Made by a program: the position numbers and the translations under genes. Positions 1 to 11,630 of a stretch of DNA of 64,000 nucleotides are shown one piece after another (positions within the stretch are counted from its first letter, which is position 1; the number at the start of each line of letters is the position of its first letter). The DNA comes from Candidatus Latescibacterota bacterium (lineage in GTDB: Bacteria; Latescibacterota; UBA2968; UBA8231). The DNA lies in contig OY730476.1 of the NCBI GenBank assembly GCA_963422735.1, positions 544,001-608,000 of the forward strand, in the 5' to 3' direction. The notes beneath the pieces are model-generated. The model was not told the DNA's origin and made no database searches. It saw only the letters and a program-made list of their open reading frames with translations.

Positions 1-1511
1 TGCCCTCCCAGCGGCCCGATGGCTTGAGGGGGGCTTTGATCTATCAGGGGGAGAGCGTCAATCGAGGTTTGTCCGGCGGCCTGACTCTCGAGCAGGCACT
101 TGGCCCACTGGCTTTGCGCTTCGACAGCAGTCTGCGCAACGCCGACGATATCGCCACCCCACGCGGGGTGCTCGCCAATACGGACATCCGCACGGGCAAT
201 GCTTCAGTCGGCCTGAGTCTGGTGCGCCCTTGGGGCTATGTGGGTGCATCCGGCAGTCTGTACGACTCCGACTACGGCATTCCCCCCGACCCGCAGGGCG
301 GCCACCCGGACGGCATATCCATTGCTCTCCAGCGCCAGCACCTCGAAGGGCGCGGCGAAATCCTCACCGGGCCGGACTGGCTAAAGCGCCTAGAGCTGCA
401 CCACTCGTTTTCGCGCTATCAGCACGGCGAATTCGAAGCTAGTGGCGACTTGGGCTTGGAGTTCGGCGTGCTCACGCACCACAGCGGCGCTCTGGTCCAC
501 CTAGATCGCACAGGGCCTTTTGCAAACGGCGCGGTCGGCCTGTGGTACGAGTACCGCAACTATGCCACGGCCGGGCTTAGTTTCACACCGCGGGCCGAGG
601 AATACGCCGGTGCTTTGTTCACGTACCAAGAGTGGGAGCATGGTCCTTGGGCTATCAATGCGGCCTTTCGCGTTGACGCCCGCCGCGTCGAGCCGAGAGA
701 AGAACGCGACTCGCGCCGGGTCGGCCGCATCCAGATGCGCGACTTTGCCGATATGTCCGCCGGCTTGTCCAACCACTACCGCGCCAGCCCGACCTTGACC
801 CTGGGCGCGACCTTGATGCGCACCTTTCGCGCCCCCGGCATCGAAGATCTGTACTCTGAAGGACCGCATCTGGCCGCCTACGCGTACGAGGTGGGCAATG
901 GGGCCCTCGACAGCGAACGCGGCCTGGGTTTGGAGCTGTTCGCCGACTACCACCGCGAAGAAGGCCATTTGCACTTGGCCTTCTTCCGCAACGTCATCGA
1001 TGGGTACATTTTCCCCAAGAACAGCGGTGCGCGCAGTCTGCGACGCGCCGATCTGTTCCTCTACCGGACCGTAGGGGAACGCGTCCTTATGTACGGTGCC
1101 GAAGCCAACTTCGATTGGCACGTGGGCGATCACTTGAAGGCAGCCGGCACCTTCAGCTATGTGCGCGGCCAGCTCATTGACCGCAACGACGAACCCCTGC
1201 CGCGTCTGCCGCCCTTGCAAGGGCACTTGGGTTTGACTTGCGAACCCACCGAGGCCCTGAGTGCGACTATTGACCTGCGCCTAGCTGCGAATCAGAACCG
1301 GACCGGCGAGTTTGAAAAGCCTACTAAGGGCTACGCGGTATTGGATTTTTCGAGCCAGTACTACGCGCAGTGGGGGGGACGCCTACACACCTTTGCCCTG
1401 ACTCTAGAGAACGCCACCGATGCGGTGTACCGCAACCACCTCAACCGCGTCAAGGACATCCTGCCCGAGCCAGGCCGCAACTTGCGCCTGCTGCACAAGG
1501 TGTTTTTCTGA
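1..1511 (+). CDS. TonB-dependent outer-membrane receptor, 5'-truncated by the window (ZnuD-like metal receptor possible)
   Basis: Amphipathic beta-strands; FRAPGIEDLYSEGPH...GN..L..ERG motif; LENATDAVY..HL; PGRN motif; terminal Phe (KVFF). Confidence 0.88.
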   Translation, partial: PSQRPDGLRGALIYQGESVNRGLSGGLTLEQALGPLALRFDSSLRNADDIATPRGVLANTDIRTGNASVGLSLVRPWGYVGASGSLYDSDYGIPPDPQGGHPDGISIALQRQHLEGRGEILTGPDWLKRLELHHSFSRYQHGEFEASGDLGLEFGVLTHHSGALVHLDRTGPFANGAVGLWYEYRNYATAGLSFTPRAEEYAGALFTYQEWEHGPWAINAAFRVDARRVEPREERDSRRVGRIQMRDFADMSAGLSNHYRASPTLTLGATLMRTFRAPGIEDLYSEGPHLAAYAYEVGNGALDSERGLGLELFADYHREEGHLHLAFFRNVIDGYIFPKNSGARSLRRADLFLYRTVGERVLMYGAEANFDWHVGDHLKAAGTFSYVRGQLIDRNDEPLPRLPPLQGHLGLTCEPTEALSATIDLRLAANQNRTGEFEKPTKGYAVLDFSSQYYAQWGGRLHTFALTLENATDAVYRNHLNRVKDILPEPGRNLRLLHKVFF

Positions 1512-1519
1512 GAAGCGGC

Positions 1520-1557
<38 letters not shown>

Positions 1558-1581
1558 CTACCACGAACCACTGATCAGTCC

Positions 1582-1887
1582 TCAGCTCCCCGGCTGCCAC
1601 TCGTTGAGCGTGCGGGCGAAGAGGATATCCGAGCGGGTGACGGCCCCTTCGCTGTGGGTTGTTACCGAGACGGCGATGGTGCGCTTGCCGGTATCTAGGG
1701 AAAAGTCGGGGTGGTGGTTCTGCTCGGTGATGGTGCGGGTCAGGTGGTTGAGGAACGAGGTGATGTCCTTGAAGTTGGCAAAGACGAAGTCGCACGCGAG
1801 GATGATGCCGTCGCGCCGCCAACCTTCGAGGGTTTGCAGTTCGGCATCTGCTTCTGCAGCGCTAAGGGTGGTTTTGTCTTCGGTCAT
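1582..1887 (-). CDS. phhB: Pterin-4-alpha-carbinolamine dehydratase family protein
   Basis: 101 aa; L.GW...; F.F.NF; NHHPD; THSEGAVT..D..FA family motifs. Confidence 0.88.
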   Translation of the reverse strand: MTEDKTTLSAAEADAELQTLEGWRRDGIILACDFVFANFKDITSFLNHLTRTITEQNHHPDFSLDTGKRTIAVSVTTHSEGAVTRSDILFARTLNEWQPGS

Positions 1888-1913
1888 GGCGGATTGGATC
1901 CTCGTTGAGATGG

Positions 1914-3023
1914 TTAGGTGGCCAGGATGTGCCGGAGGCGGTCGGCGATGATTTCGGCTTCTCCGTCTAGGAGCGTTTGCGGCCCGATGCTGAGCGCGGT
2001 ATCGCCGCCGCTGACCAAAATCGACGGCTCACCTTCTGCGAGTGCGCGTACTACGTCATCGGCCAATCGGGGGGCCGCGTCGCCGAAGTGCAGATGTACC
2101 AGCGGCGAGGCCGGTGGAAATTTATTCTCGTAGGCCCTGGTAAAACGAGCTTCAATGCCGGCGATGCCTTCGACAGCCTCGGCGACGACCCGACAGCGGC
2201 GCTCCCACTCGGCCACTTGCACGGCTTCGTCCATTTCAAAGAACAGCTCGACGGCGCGGAGCAGGCCGCATATTTCCTCTTTGCCAACCTTCATGCCGCG
2301 CCCGATGGCCGAGTGCGGGTTAGAGTTGAGGTGGCACGCGGCAATCAGGTCTTTGCGCCCCAGGATCAGGCCCGATGACTGCGGCCCGAATAGGCCCTTG
2401 CCGCCGCTGAAGACGGACAGGTCGCAGCCCATGGCTGGTAGGTCGGTCAGGTTGGAGCGCGGCGGCAATTGCGCGGCCGCATCGACGATGACCGGCACAT
2501 TGCGCTCGTGGGCGGCGGCGACAAGCGCGGGCAGCTCGGACAGGGGCTGGCTGCCGAGGAAGTACACCACGGCCGCGGTCTTGGGGCCGATGCCGGCGAC
2601 GTAATCGTCGAGCGTCACGGCCTCTGTGGTCCCCACTTTGACCAGCTCGCCGCCGCTAAGGCAAAAGCCCTGATGGACGTAGTAATGCGAATCGACCAAG
2701 CTGATGACGAACTGGTTGGGGCGGCCGCCGACATCGGGGAGCTGGGCAATGGCGCGAGCGTCGGTACCGGTTAGGCAGGCCGCACCGGCTAGGAGCATGC
2801 CGCCGGCCGCGCCCGAAGACACAAAGGCCGCTTCAGCACCGGTCAGCGCGGCGATGCGGGCACCAGCTTTTTCGTGCAACTCGTTGAGGTGGACGAATTG
2901 GCGCGACGCTTCGACCATGGCCTCGACCACGGGCGCGGGCATGATGGAGCCGCCGAGTGTGGTGATGGTGCCGCGGGCGTTGATGAAAGGGCGCAGCCCC
3001 AAGCGCTGGTATAGGGTGGACAT
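1914..3023 (-). CDS. SelA/DgaE-like PLP-dependent enzyme (D-glucosaminate-6-phosphate ammonia-lyase-like)
   Basis: FINARGTITTLGGS, VIVDAAAQ, FSGGKGLFGPQSSG (PLP Lys), IGRGMKVGKEEI. Start moved to ATG 3023 because the longer ORF runs through a terminator. Confidence 0.8.
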   Translation of the reverse strand: MSTLYQRLGLRPFINARGTITTLGGSIMPAPVVEAMVEASRQFVHLNELHEKAGARIAALTGAEAAFVSSGAAGGMLLAGAACLTGTDARAIAQLPDVGGRPNQFVISLVDSHYYVHQGFCLSGGELVKVGTTEAVTLDDYVAGIGPKTAAVVYFLGSQPLSELPALVAAAHERNVPVIVDAAAQLPPRSNLTDLPAMGCDLSVFSGGKGLFGPQSSGLILGRKDLIAACHLNSNPHSAIGRGMKVGKEEICGLLRAVELFFEMDEAVQVAEWERRCRVVAEAVEGIAGIEARFTRAYENKFPPASPLVHLHFGDAAPRLADDVVRALAEGEPSILVSGGDTALSIGPQTLLDGEAEIIADRLRHILAT

Positions 3024-3082
3024 GTGTAGGTCCTTAAGGAAGCAGTGGATTGAAATCGCGCATCTAACTCGGCAATTATAGT

Positions 3083-3124
3083 AAAAAAAGAAAGCGGGCG
3101 GGATGAAACACCCCGCCCGCTTTT
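3083..3124 (-). terminator. Rho-independent terminator of groESL
   Basis: Minus strand: GCGGGCGGGGTG-TTT-CATCCCGCCCGC followed by TTTCTTTTTTT, ~20 nt after the groEL stop. Confidence 0.9.
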
Positions 3125-3144
3125 GCATGTGCGCCAAGCGTCCC

Positions 3145-5097
<1,953 letters not shown>

Positions 5098-5127
5098 TTA
5101 GGGGTAAAATGGCTATGGGATGCTATA

Positions 5128-5143
5128 TGCAAGATTCGTGCCA
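5128..5143 (-). promoter_or_regulatory. Sigma-54 (-24/-12) promoter for groESL
   Basis: Minus strand reads TGGCAC-GAATC-TTGCA, an exact match to TGGCAC-N5-TTGCW, 44 nt upstream of groES. Confidence 0.82.
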
Positions 5144-5149
5144 AAGGAA

Positions 5150-5226
5150 GAAAATTTTCCTAGTGTTTTGTTTATAAAGAACTTACACCGTATCCCGACG
5201 CAGAGCAGCAAACGAAAATTTTCCTA
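5150..5226. promoter_or_regulatory. Direct repeat GAAAATTTTCCTA (5150-5162 and 5214-5226) containing the palindrome GAAAATTTTC; candidate regulator sites
   Basis: Two identical 13-mers in the AT-rich divergent intergenic region; a degenerate third copy near 5294. Confidence 0.5.
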
Positions 5227-5351
5227 TATTGATAATATACCCGCAAAAAAGAAGCAAAAAACATAGATAACTACATTGAAAAGATGGATTTATGAAATTT
5301 TCTCTAAAAGACAATAAACAGGTGATATTTTCATTATGAAAAAACGAGCGG

Positions 5352-6137
5352 ATGATGGACTGGGATAACCAGCGGGTCGTGTTGACCGGAGCCAGCAGCG
5401 GCATCGGCCGCGCCTTGGCCCTCGTGCTAGCCGAGCGCGGGGCGCGCTTGGCGTTGGTGGCGCGTCGCGCCGAGGTGCTAGCGGCACTAGGGGCGATAAT
5501 TGAAGAAGGTGGCGGCCGTCAGCCGCTAGTCGTGCCGTGCGACGTAAGCGATCTGGCCCAAGTGGGTGCTCTGCACGCCGAGGTGGTGGCACAATGGGGC
5601 GGGGCCGATGTGCTGATCAACAACGCGGGTCGGGGGTATTACAACTCCTTCGCCGACGCGGAGGTGCGCCAATGCGAAGCCGTGGTGCAAACGAACCTGC
5701 TCGGTGTCATCTACTGCACCCGAGCCTTTCTGCCGGGTATGCTAGCGCAAGGGCGGGGCCGGTTGGTCTTCATATCGAGCATTGTCGGCGAATTCCCCGT
5801 GCCCAAGCACGCAGTGTACAGCGCGACGAAATTCGCGGTGAACGGCTTGGCCGAAAGCCTCGAATACGAGTTGGCACCTCGGGGCATTGGCGTCCACCTC
5901 GTGGGGCCGGGCTTGGTGCATACCGAGTTTGCCGAGCGGGCCGGTACTAAGCACCTGCCGGTGCAGGAAAAGTTCGCTAAGTCGGCGGAGGAAGTGGCCG
6001 AGGCCATCGCGGACGCCGTAGCCGCGGGCAAGCGCAAGAGCATCCCAGACACCGCCGCGCATTTGCTGATCAAGCTGCGCCAACATGTACCCCGCTTGAC
6101 GCGGTTCGCTTTTAAGAAGGTCTGCCGCCGGCTCTAG
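5352..6137 (+). CDS. Short-chain dehydrogenase/reductase (SDR)
   Basis: TGASSGIG, NNAG, YSATK catalytic motif. Confidence 0.92.
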   Translation: MMDWDNQRVVLTGASSGIGRALALVLAERGARLALVARRAEVLAALGAIIEEGGGRQPLVVPCDVSDLAQVGALHAEVVAQWGGADVLINNAGRGYYNSFADAEVRQCEAVVQTNLLGVIYCTRAFLPGMLAQGRGRLVFISSIVGEFPVPKHAVYSATKFAVNGLAESLEYELAPRGIGVHLVGPGLVHTEFAERAGTKHLPVQEKFAKSAEEVAEAIADAVAAGKRKSIPDTAAHLLIKLRQHVPRLTRFAFKKVCRRL

Positions 6138-6143
6138 AGCGTG

Positions 6144-6926
6144 CTACTGAGCGGTGTACCCGCCGTCGACGACTAGGGTCGCCCCGGTGGTAAAGCCAGA
6201 TGCTTCCGAGGCAAAGTAGAGGACGGCCGTGGCCAGCTCAGCCGGGTCGCCCCAGCGATCCATGGGAACCTTGGCAATCATTTCTCGTGCCTTGGCTGGG
6301 TTTTGCAGCAGGAGGGCATTGATCGGGGTGGAAAAGGGGCCGGGGCAGATGGCGTTGACGGTGATCCCGTGCGGTGCCCATTCGAGGGCGAGGGTTTTGG
6401 TGAGCTGGACGATGCCGCCCTTGCTCGATGCATACGGGGTGCGGTGGGCGATTGAGACCTGAGACACGGTGGACCCGAGGTTGATGACGCGGCCGTAGCC
6501 GCGCTCGATCATCTGCGGCCCCACGGCTCGGCAGTAGTACATCGGGCCGGTGAGATTGGTGGCGATGACCGCGTCCCAATCCTCGTCGCATAGATCGACG
6601 ATAGGGCTGCGGATGTTGATCCCGGCGTTGTTGACTAGAATGTTGATGGGCCCCAAGGCATCGCTGGTTTGACGGACCGAGGCTTCCACTTGGGCGCGGT
6701 CGGCCGCGTCGGCTTGGAAAGCGAGCACGCGGCCGTTGGTGTGGGCACTGATTTGCGCGGCTGCGGCGCGGGCTTCTTCCACATTGCGGCTGGTGAGAGC
6801 TACGTCGGCACCGGCTGCCGACAGCGCGCAGGCCATGGCCTCTCCGAGCCCCTTGCTGCCGCCCGTCACCAAGGCCGTGCGGCCCTTGAGGCTGAAGAGG
6901 TCGAGCGAGGAGGGCGGGATCATCAT
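6144..6926 (-). CDS. SDR oxidoreductase (gluconate 5-dehydrogenase/FabG-like)
   Basis: [30 protein letters not shown]. Confidence 0.92.
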   Translation of the reverse strand: MMIPPSSLDLFSLKGRTALVTGGSKGLGEAMACALSAAGADVALTSRNVEEARAAAAQISAHTNGRVLAFQADAADRAQVEASVRQTSDALGPINILVNNAGINIRSPIVDLCDEDWDAVIATNLTGPMYYCRAVGPQMIERGYGRVINLGSTVSQVSIAHRTPYASSKGGIVQLTKTLALEWAPHGITVNAICPGPFSTPINALLLQNPAKAREMIAKVPMDRWGDPAELATAVLYFASEASGFTTGATLVVDGGYTAQ

Positions 6927-7168
6927 AGCGAGGCCCAGCCTTCGGCCTCGACCATGGATTTGGCGAGGTTTCCCAACTCGGCGACTAGGTCGCCTTGATC
7001 TTGGGCGCGGGCCTTATTGGTGATCTGCATGGTTAGGGCGATCAGCCCCAAGCCGAAGATCCGCTGCAAACTCTGCGGCGAGTCTGGTTCGAGGTCGGGA
7101 ATCAGCTCGGACAGGCGGTTGAGCAGGTCGCGGTGCGCGGCGGGAATTTCAATGACTTCCAAGGACAT
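6923..7168 (-). CDS. Small hypothetical protein
   Basis: Fills the gap in a co-directional operon and overlaps the next gene's start by 4 nt; protein-like helical composition. Start uncertain (7168 or 7180). Confidence 0.6.
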   Translation of the reverse strand: MSLEVIEIPAAHRDLLNRLSELIPDLEPDSPQSLQRIFGLGLIALTMQITNKARAQDQGDLVAELGNLAKSMVEAEGWASL

Positions 7169-7204
7169 AAGTAGCGTCAAAGGTAACGCATGGCCTAGTT
7201 GCGG

Positions 7205-8050
7205 TCAAAGTTCCACATCGCGGGCGACGAAGCGTTCGCCATCTTGAACGATGCGGCTCCACGGCGCGTCGGGATCGTGGTCCCAAGCCACAATCCACCC
7301 CTCGGCGGCGGCATCGGCGGCAAAGTGCTGTTTGCGGGTCAAGGTCTGGTAGGGAAACATGTCGTAGGCCATGTTCCAATAGGGCCGCAGGTGGAGGCGC
7401 GTCGGCACCAGTTCCCCGGGATAGACGAGGGTATGGCCACCGGCCTTGAGGCGAAAACCCTGATGGGCGTGGGTGTGGCCGCCGGTGACAAAGGCCGTCA
7501 GCTTAGGAACCAATTCGCTGTCGCCGTCGAGGAAGCGCATCTCGACTTGGCGGGCGAGCACGTGCAGTTCTTGGGGCCGATAGCTGCTCCGCATGGTGCT
7601 GCGGCCGGCCAAGGCGTCGTCCCACTCGCCGCGTTGCACCGCGTGGACGGCGTTGGGAAAGAGCGGGGCTAAACCCGTAGGCCCGGCGACGAGACAGCCG
7701 CAGAAGTGGTCGAAGTGCAAGTGGGTGAGCGCGACCATGGTAATCGCCTCCGGGACCACGCCTGCGGCCGCGAGCGAGCCGCGAAGCGTATGTGCGCTGT
7801 TCATGCCGTACATGGCGCGCTCGCGCGGGGAGAAGCGCTCGCCAAATCCGGCGTCGAGCAGCACGAGCTCGCGGCCCATTTTCAGGAGCAGGCAGTTACA
7901 CGACAGGCGGATGCGGTTGTGTTCGTCAGCGGTGGCAGCACGCTGCCACAGGGCCTTGGGCACCACGCCGAACATAGTTCCCCCGTCGAGGCAAAAGTCG
8001 CCGCCGGGTAGGTGTACGGCCTCTGCGGCGCCTAGCTGTAAGCGGCGCAT
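7205..8050 (-). CDS. MBL-fold metallo-hydrolase (YtnP/lactonase-like)
   Basis: LDGGTMFGVVPKALW; THLHFDH (HxHxDH); GGHTHAH; AYD; HDP. Confidence 0.9.
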   Translation of the reverse strand: MRRLQLGAAEAVHLPGGDFCLDGGTMFGVVPKALWQRAATADEHNRIRLSCNCLLLKMGRELVLLDAGFGERFSPRERAMYGMNSAHTLRGSLAAAGVVPEAITMVALTHLHFDHFCGCLVAGPTGLAPLFPNAVHAVQRGEWDDALAGRSTMRSSYRPQELHVLARQVEMRFLDGDSELVPKLTAFVTGGHTHAHQGFRLKAGGHTLVYPGELVPTRLHLRPYWNMAYDMFPYQTLTRKQHFAADAAAEGWIVAWDHDPDAPWSRIVQDGERFVARDVEL

Positions 8051-9039
8051 CAGAGGGTGGCTAGGACTTTGGCGCCTTCCGCATCGAAGCGGAAGGGCAT
8101 CTCGCGCAGGCCCTCTTGGGCCATGGTTGCGCGCAGCTTGGGGTGGTGTTCAGCCGGGCAATAGAACATGAGGAAGCCACCGCCGCCGGCCCCTAACAGC
8201 TTGCCGCCGAGGGCACCGGCCGCGCGGCCGGCCGCGTACCAGCGGTCGATATCCGCATTGGATATCTGCTGCGCCCGCTGCTTTTTGGCCATCCAGTGCT
8301 CGTGGAGTAATTCGCCGAAGCGTTCGAGCGCCTCCCGTTCGAGCGCCTCCTTGATATGGTAGCCGATCCGCTTGGTCTGATGCAAGCTGTCCAAGACCCG
8401 GTCGTCGCCTTGTTGGGTGTCTTGGTTTTGCTGCGCGAGGATGTCCGAACTCTCGCGCCGAATGCCAGTAAAAAAGACCAGCATGTTGGCGGCTAGGGCC
8501 TCGGTGGTGGACGCAGAAATAGCCAGTGGCGCGACTGCGACGCGCCCGCTGGTATCAATATCGAGGCAAGTCAGGCCGCCGAAAGTGCCCAAGTAGTGGT
8601 CGTGTTTGCCCGCTGGCTGGGCGGCCCGCACCGCTTCGATATAGTGGGCTTCCTCTGCCAACTCTTGGGGAGAGGGCCGTTTGCGCTTATAGGCGTGGAG
8701 TGCGGCCAACAGTGCCACGATGAACGCACCCGACGACCCCAATCCCGTGCGTCCCGGCACGTCGGACATCGCGCTTATTTCGATCCCGCCCTCAATCCCG
8801 GCGTAGGTCAGGGCTTCGCGCAGTAGGGGATGTTGGATCTGGCCGGGCGCATTGACCTTTTCGGTCTGCGAGTACTTGACGCGAATGAAGTCTTCCACCT
8901 TGAGGTCGTTGAGCTGGATATAGACGTATTTGTCGATGCCAGCGCTGAGCACAAAGCCTCCGTAGTGGGTATAATAAGACGCTAAGTCGGTGCCGCCGCC
9001 GCCGAGTGGAATGCGCAGGGGTGCTCTGGTGAGGATCAA
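8050..9039 (-). CDS. GHMP-family sugar kinase (HddA, heptose-7-phosphate kinase-like)
   Basis: RAPLRIPLGGGGTD, PGRTGLGSSG, GGKLLGAGGGGF. Confidence 0.88.
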   Translation of the reverse strand: MILTRAPLRIPLGGGGTDLASYYTHYGGFVLSAGIDKYVYIQLNDLKVEDFIRVKYSQTEKVNAPGQIQHPLLREALTYAGIEGGIEISAMSDVPGRTGLGSSGAFIVALLAALHAYKRKRPSPQELAEEAHYIEAVRAAQPAGKHDHYLGTFGGLTCLDIDTSGRVAVAPLAISASTTEALAANMLVFFTGIRRESSDILAQQNQDTQQGDDRVLDSLHQTKRIGYHIKEALEREALERFGELLHEHWMAKKQRAQQISNADIDRWYAAGRAAGALGGKLLGAGGGGFLMFYCPAEHHPKLRATMAQEGLREMPFRFDAEGAKVLATL

Positions 9040-9051
9040 ACCAGCCTCGTT

Positions 9052-9771
9052 TCAAGGAAGGGCGAAAGCACCCGAGTCCACGCACTGGCAGGCGTGGCGG
9101 TAGCGCTGTGGCGTATCGGTCGAAAGGAGCTGACCGCGCATGGGATGCCCGAGCAGGGGACGGCCTGTGGCGAGCAAGTCGGCGAAGACCTCGCTGAAGT
9201 CGCAGGGGGTGTCGGGCGGGATGCGGTCGAGGATTTCGGGTTGTAGGGCGTAGATTCCGGCGTTGACCCAATAGTTGTCGAATACTTGGTCGGGCCGAGG
9301 TTTTTCGACGAAGCAGTCGATGCGGTGGTGTGCGTCGAGGCCGACGATGCCCCGCGTGGTCGGGTCGTCCATCCACAGGATCCCGATGCTGGCGATTTCG
9401 TCCTCGCGCTGGTGGGTTTGCCACAAGTCGCCTAGGTCGAAGTTGGTCAGGTTGTCTCCGTAGTACAGTAAAAAAGGCCCGTCGAAGAAGTCGATTACTT
9501 GCCGTGCGGCTCCAGCGGTGCCGAGCAGGTCGTCCTCCAGCGAATAGGTAATCGACACCCCCCAATCGCGGCCGTCACCAAAGTAATCGGCGATGACTTG
9601 GGGCAAGTGGTGGAGGTTGATGACGAGGTCGTCGAATCCGTGCCGCGCCAACAGGCGCACGACGTATTCGAGCAAGGGTTTGCCAGCAAAGGGGACCATC
9701 GCCTTGGGGATCGCATCGGTGAGCGGGCGCAGGCGCGTACCGCGCCCAGCGGCTAGGATCATCGCCTTCAC
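9052..9771 (-). CDS. Sugar-1-phosphate nucleotidyltransferase (mannose-1-P guanylyltransferase/HddC-like)
   Basis: ILAAGRGTRLRPLT..IPK, LGTAG, YGDN, FVEKP, VNAGIY. Confidence 0.92.
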   Translation of the reverse strand: MKAMILAAGRGTRLRPLTDAIPKAMVPFAGKPLLEYVVRLLARHGFDDLVINLHHLPQVIADYFGDGRDWGVSITYSLEDDLLGTAGAARQVIDFFDGPFLLYYGDNLTNFDLGDLWQTHQREDEIASIGILWMDDPTTRGIVGLDAHHRIDCFVEKPRPDQVFDNYWVNAGIYALQPEILDRIPPDTPCDFSEVFADLLATGRPLLGHPMRGQLLSTDTPQRYRHACQCVDSGAFALP

Positions 9772-10883
9772 GCGTTAGCTCTGCGGAGGACATTGGCGGC
9801 TCGCATATTCGCTTGGGCAGTAGCGTAGAAGTCTGCGAGGTTGGGCTGCCTTTTGATCCATTCGATGTATTCGCCAACGGTCTGTTCGAGCGGGACCTCG
9901 GGCTGCCAGCCTAGGGCTTGCAGGGCCTCGCCGGAGGAGACGGTGTGGCGGGTGTCGCCAAAGCGGTATTCTCCACTTACGAGCGGTTCGATGGCTTGCC
10001 CGGCCATGCGCGTTACGAGCCGGGCGTATTCGAGGACGGTGGTGCCGCGCTGCCCGGCGACATTGAAGGAGCGGAAATCAGCGCGCTCGTCTTCGAGACA
10101 GAGGACATTGGCGCGGGCCACATCGCCGACATAGACGTAGTCGCGCAGCGATTGGCCGTCCTCGTAGCAGACCGGGGGCTGGCCATACAGGACGCGGAGG
10201 GCGAAAATGCGGCCAATGCCCGAATAGGCATTGAAAAAGGAGTTGCGCGGCCCTTGGACGATGGAGTAGCGCATATTGACCGTGGGAATGTCGTATTTGC
10301 GGCCGAGGCTGAAGGATGTCAGTTCGGCTGCGTATTTGGAGATGCCATAGGGGGTGTGGGGGTTGGCGATGTCTTCGGTGATTGGCTGGTGTTCGAGGGG
10401 GGCGGCGCAGTGAGGGCAGCGGACTTCCCACTCGGCTCTAGCTAACTGCGCGTCGGGACGGGCGTCGGGATAGAGGGTGCCGTGCTCGCCGCAGCGGTAC
10501 TTGCCCTCGCCATATACGGCTTGCGACGAGGCTAGGACAACCTTCCGTACGGGTAGCTGCTCGGCGACGATCAGCTCGTAGAGCAGGGTCGCGCCGACCG
10601 TATTGACGTGGTGAAAGGTGGAAAAGTCCGGCATGTAATCTTGGTAGGCTGCTAGGTGGATGACGCCGTCGATGCCGTCGAGCGCGGCCAGCCAGTCGGC
10701 GCGTTGACGCACATCGCCGCGCATCTTTTCCACGCCGGTGGGCAGATAGTCGGGCCAGCCTTGGGGGTGGACCCGCTCCTGTAGGGAGTCGAGAACGCGG
10801 ACGCGATAGCCCGCGGCGACGAGGCGATCTACGGTGTGCGAGCCGATAAAGCCAGCACCGCCTGTGACTAGAATGTGACCCAT
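9768..10883 (-). CDS. NAD-dependent NDP-sugar epimerase/dehydratase
   Basis: VTGGAGFIGSH, ASSQAVYGEG, YGISK, RDYVYVGD; Cys-containing insert (C..H...CPHC). Confidence 0.92.
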   Translation of the reverse strand: MGHILVTGGAGFIGSHTVDRLVAAGYRVRVLDSLQERVHPQGWPDYLPTGVEKMRGDVRQRADWLAALDGIDGVIHLAAYQDYMPDFSTFHHVNTVGATLLYELIVAEQLPVRKVVLASSQAVYGEGKYRCGEHGTLYPDARPDAQLARAEWEVRCPHCAAPLEHQPITEDIANPHTPYGISKYAAELTSFSLGRKYDIPTVNMRYSIVQGPRNSFFNAYSGIGRIFALRVLYGQPPVCYEDGQSLRDYVYVGDVARANVLCLEDERADFRSFNVAGQRGTTVLEYARLVTRMAGQAIEPLVSGEYRFGDTRHTVSSGEALQALGWQPEVPLEQTVGEYIEWIKRQPNLADFYATAQANMRAANVLRRANA

Positions 10884-10889
10884 GAGTTG

Positions 10890-11440
10890 GGGCAGGGGTT
10901 ATTTCTCGGGGGTTGTTCCTGCCATGGTGGAGACGATAAGGGGAGTGGATGCCCAATGTGTACTGCAAGTAGGGGATTTTCTGGATCGTACAACACGGCA
11001 AGAATCCCAGCAGCAAGGGCGATTGCAGTGCGTGCAACCCAAAAGCCAACCTTTCGGTAGTAGCGAGGAATCACGATCACTTCGATGATGCCACTGCCGA
11101 AGAGACCGCAACCGAAATTTAGAGTGAACACTATTGAAGAGAGGCTCAAGCAGCATTGGCGGCGTACTTTAATAGGCGCTGCAAAAAGGATAGATTGTCT
11201 AGATCGTCGCCATCGTTGGGGGCTGGATCGGATACACCCAGTGCTTTTAGAAGCTGTTGATAGGCATAGTCGTCGTCCAGTGGGGTTAGGGCTTGGCGAT
11301 CCCTCAGCCATTCGGGAATATTCCCACTCGTCGAGCCATTCGGGAACGCCATCCCGCCGGAGGCGCGTAGCGAGGGCGCGGGCAACGGCTCGGCTTTCCG
11401 GTTCGTGGGCGCACGAAATGAAGGCAGGACTGCTATTCAT
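10890..11440 (-). pseudogene. Decayed TIR/SEFIR-like gene plus small membrane-protein remnant, in several frames
   Basis: AFISCAHE...ALATRLRRDGV..WLDEWE resembles a TIR_2 N-terminus. Another frame gives IPEWLRDR...YQQLLKAL, resembling a TIR C-terminus. A hydrophobic segment GFWVAR...LAVHIG continues after a frameshift as ASTPLIV. Region is AT-richer than its flanks. Confidence 0.55.
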
Positions 11441-11630
11441 GGCCTAACTCTTTATGGCCTTGCGACGCGTTCCAGTAGATGGCAAAAAAGTACCTTATCG
11501 ACCAGATCGGGGCAAGGTAGGTCGGCGGCGATAAGGCGCGGTATCCCGGTCAAGGTGCGGCGGTTGACAGAAAATCGCTGTTGTGCGGATTTTCAGAGAT
11601 CGCGGTGAAATCGAACGGACGAGACGGAGA

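Noticed and set aside
1914-3023. True selenocysteine synthase SelA
   Set aside because: Shorter (369 aa), has the FSGGK/IGRGMKVGKE motifs of the DgaE-like subfamily, and no selB/selC/selD nearby.
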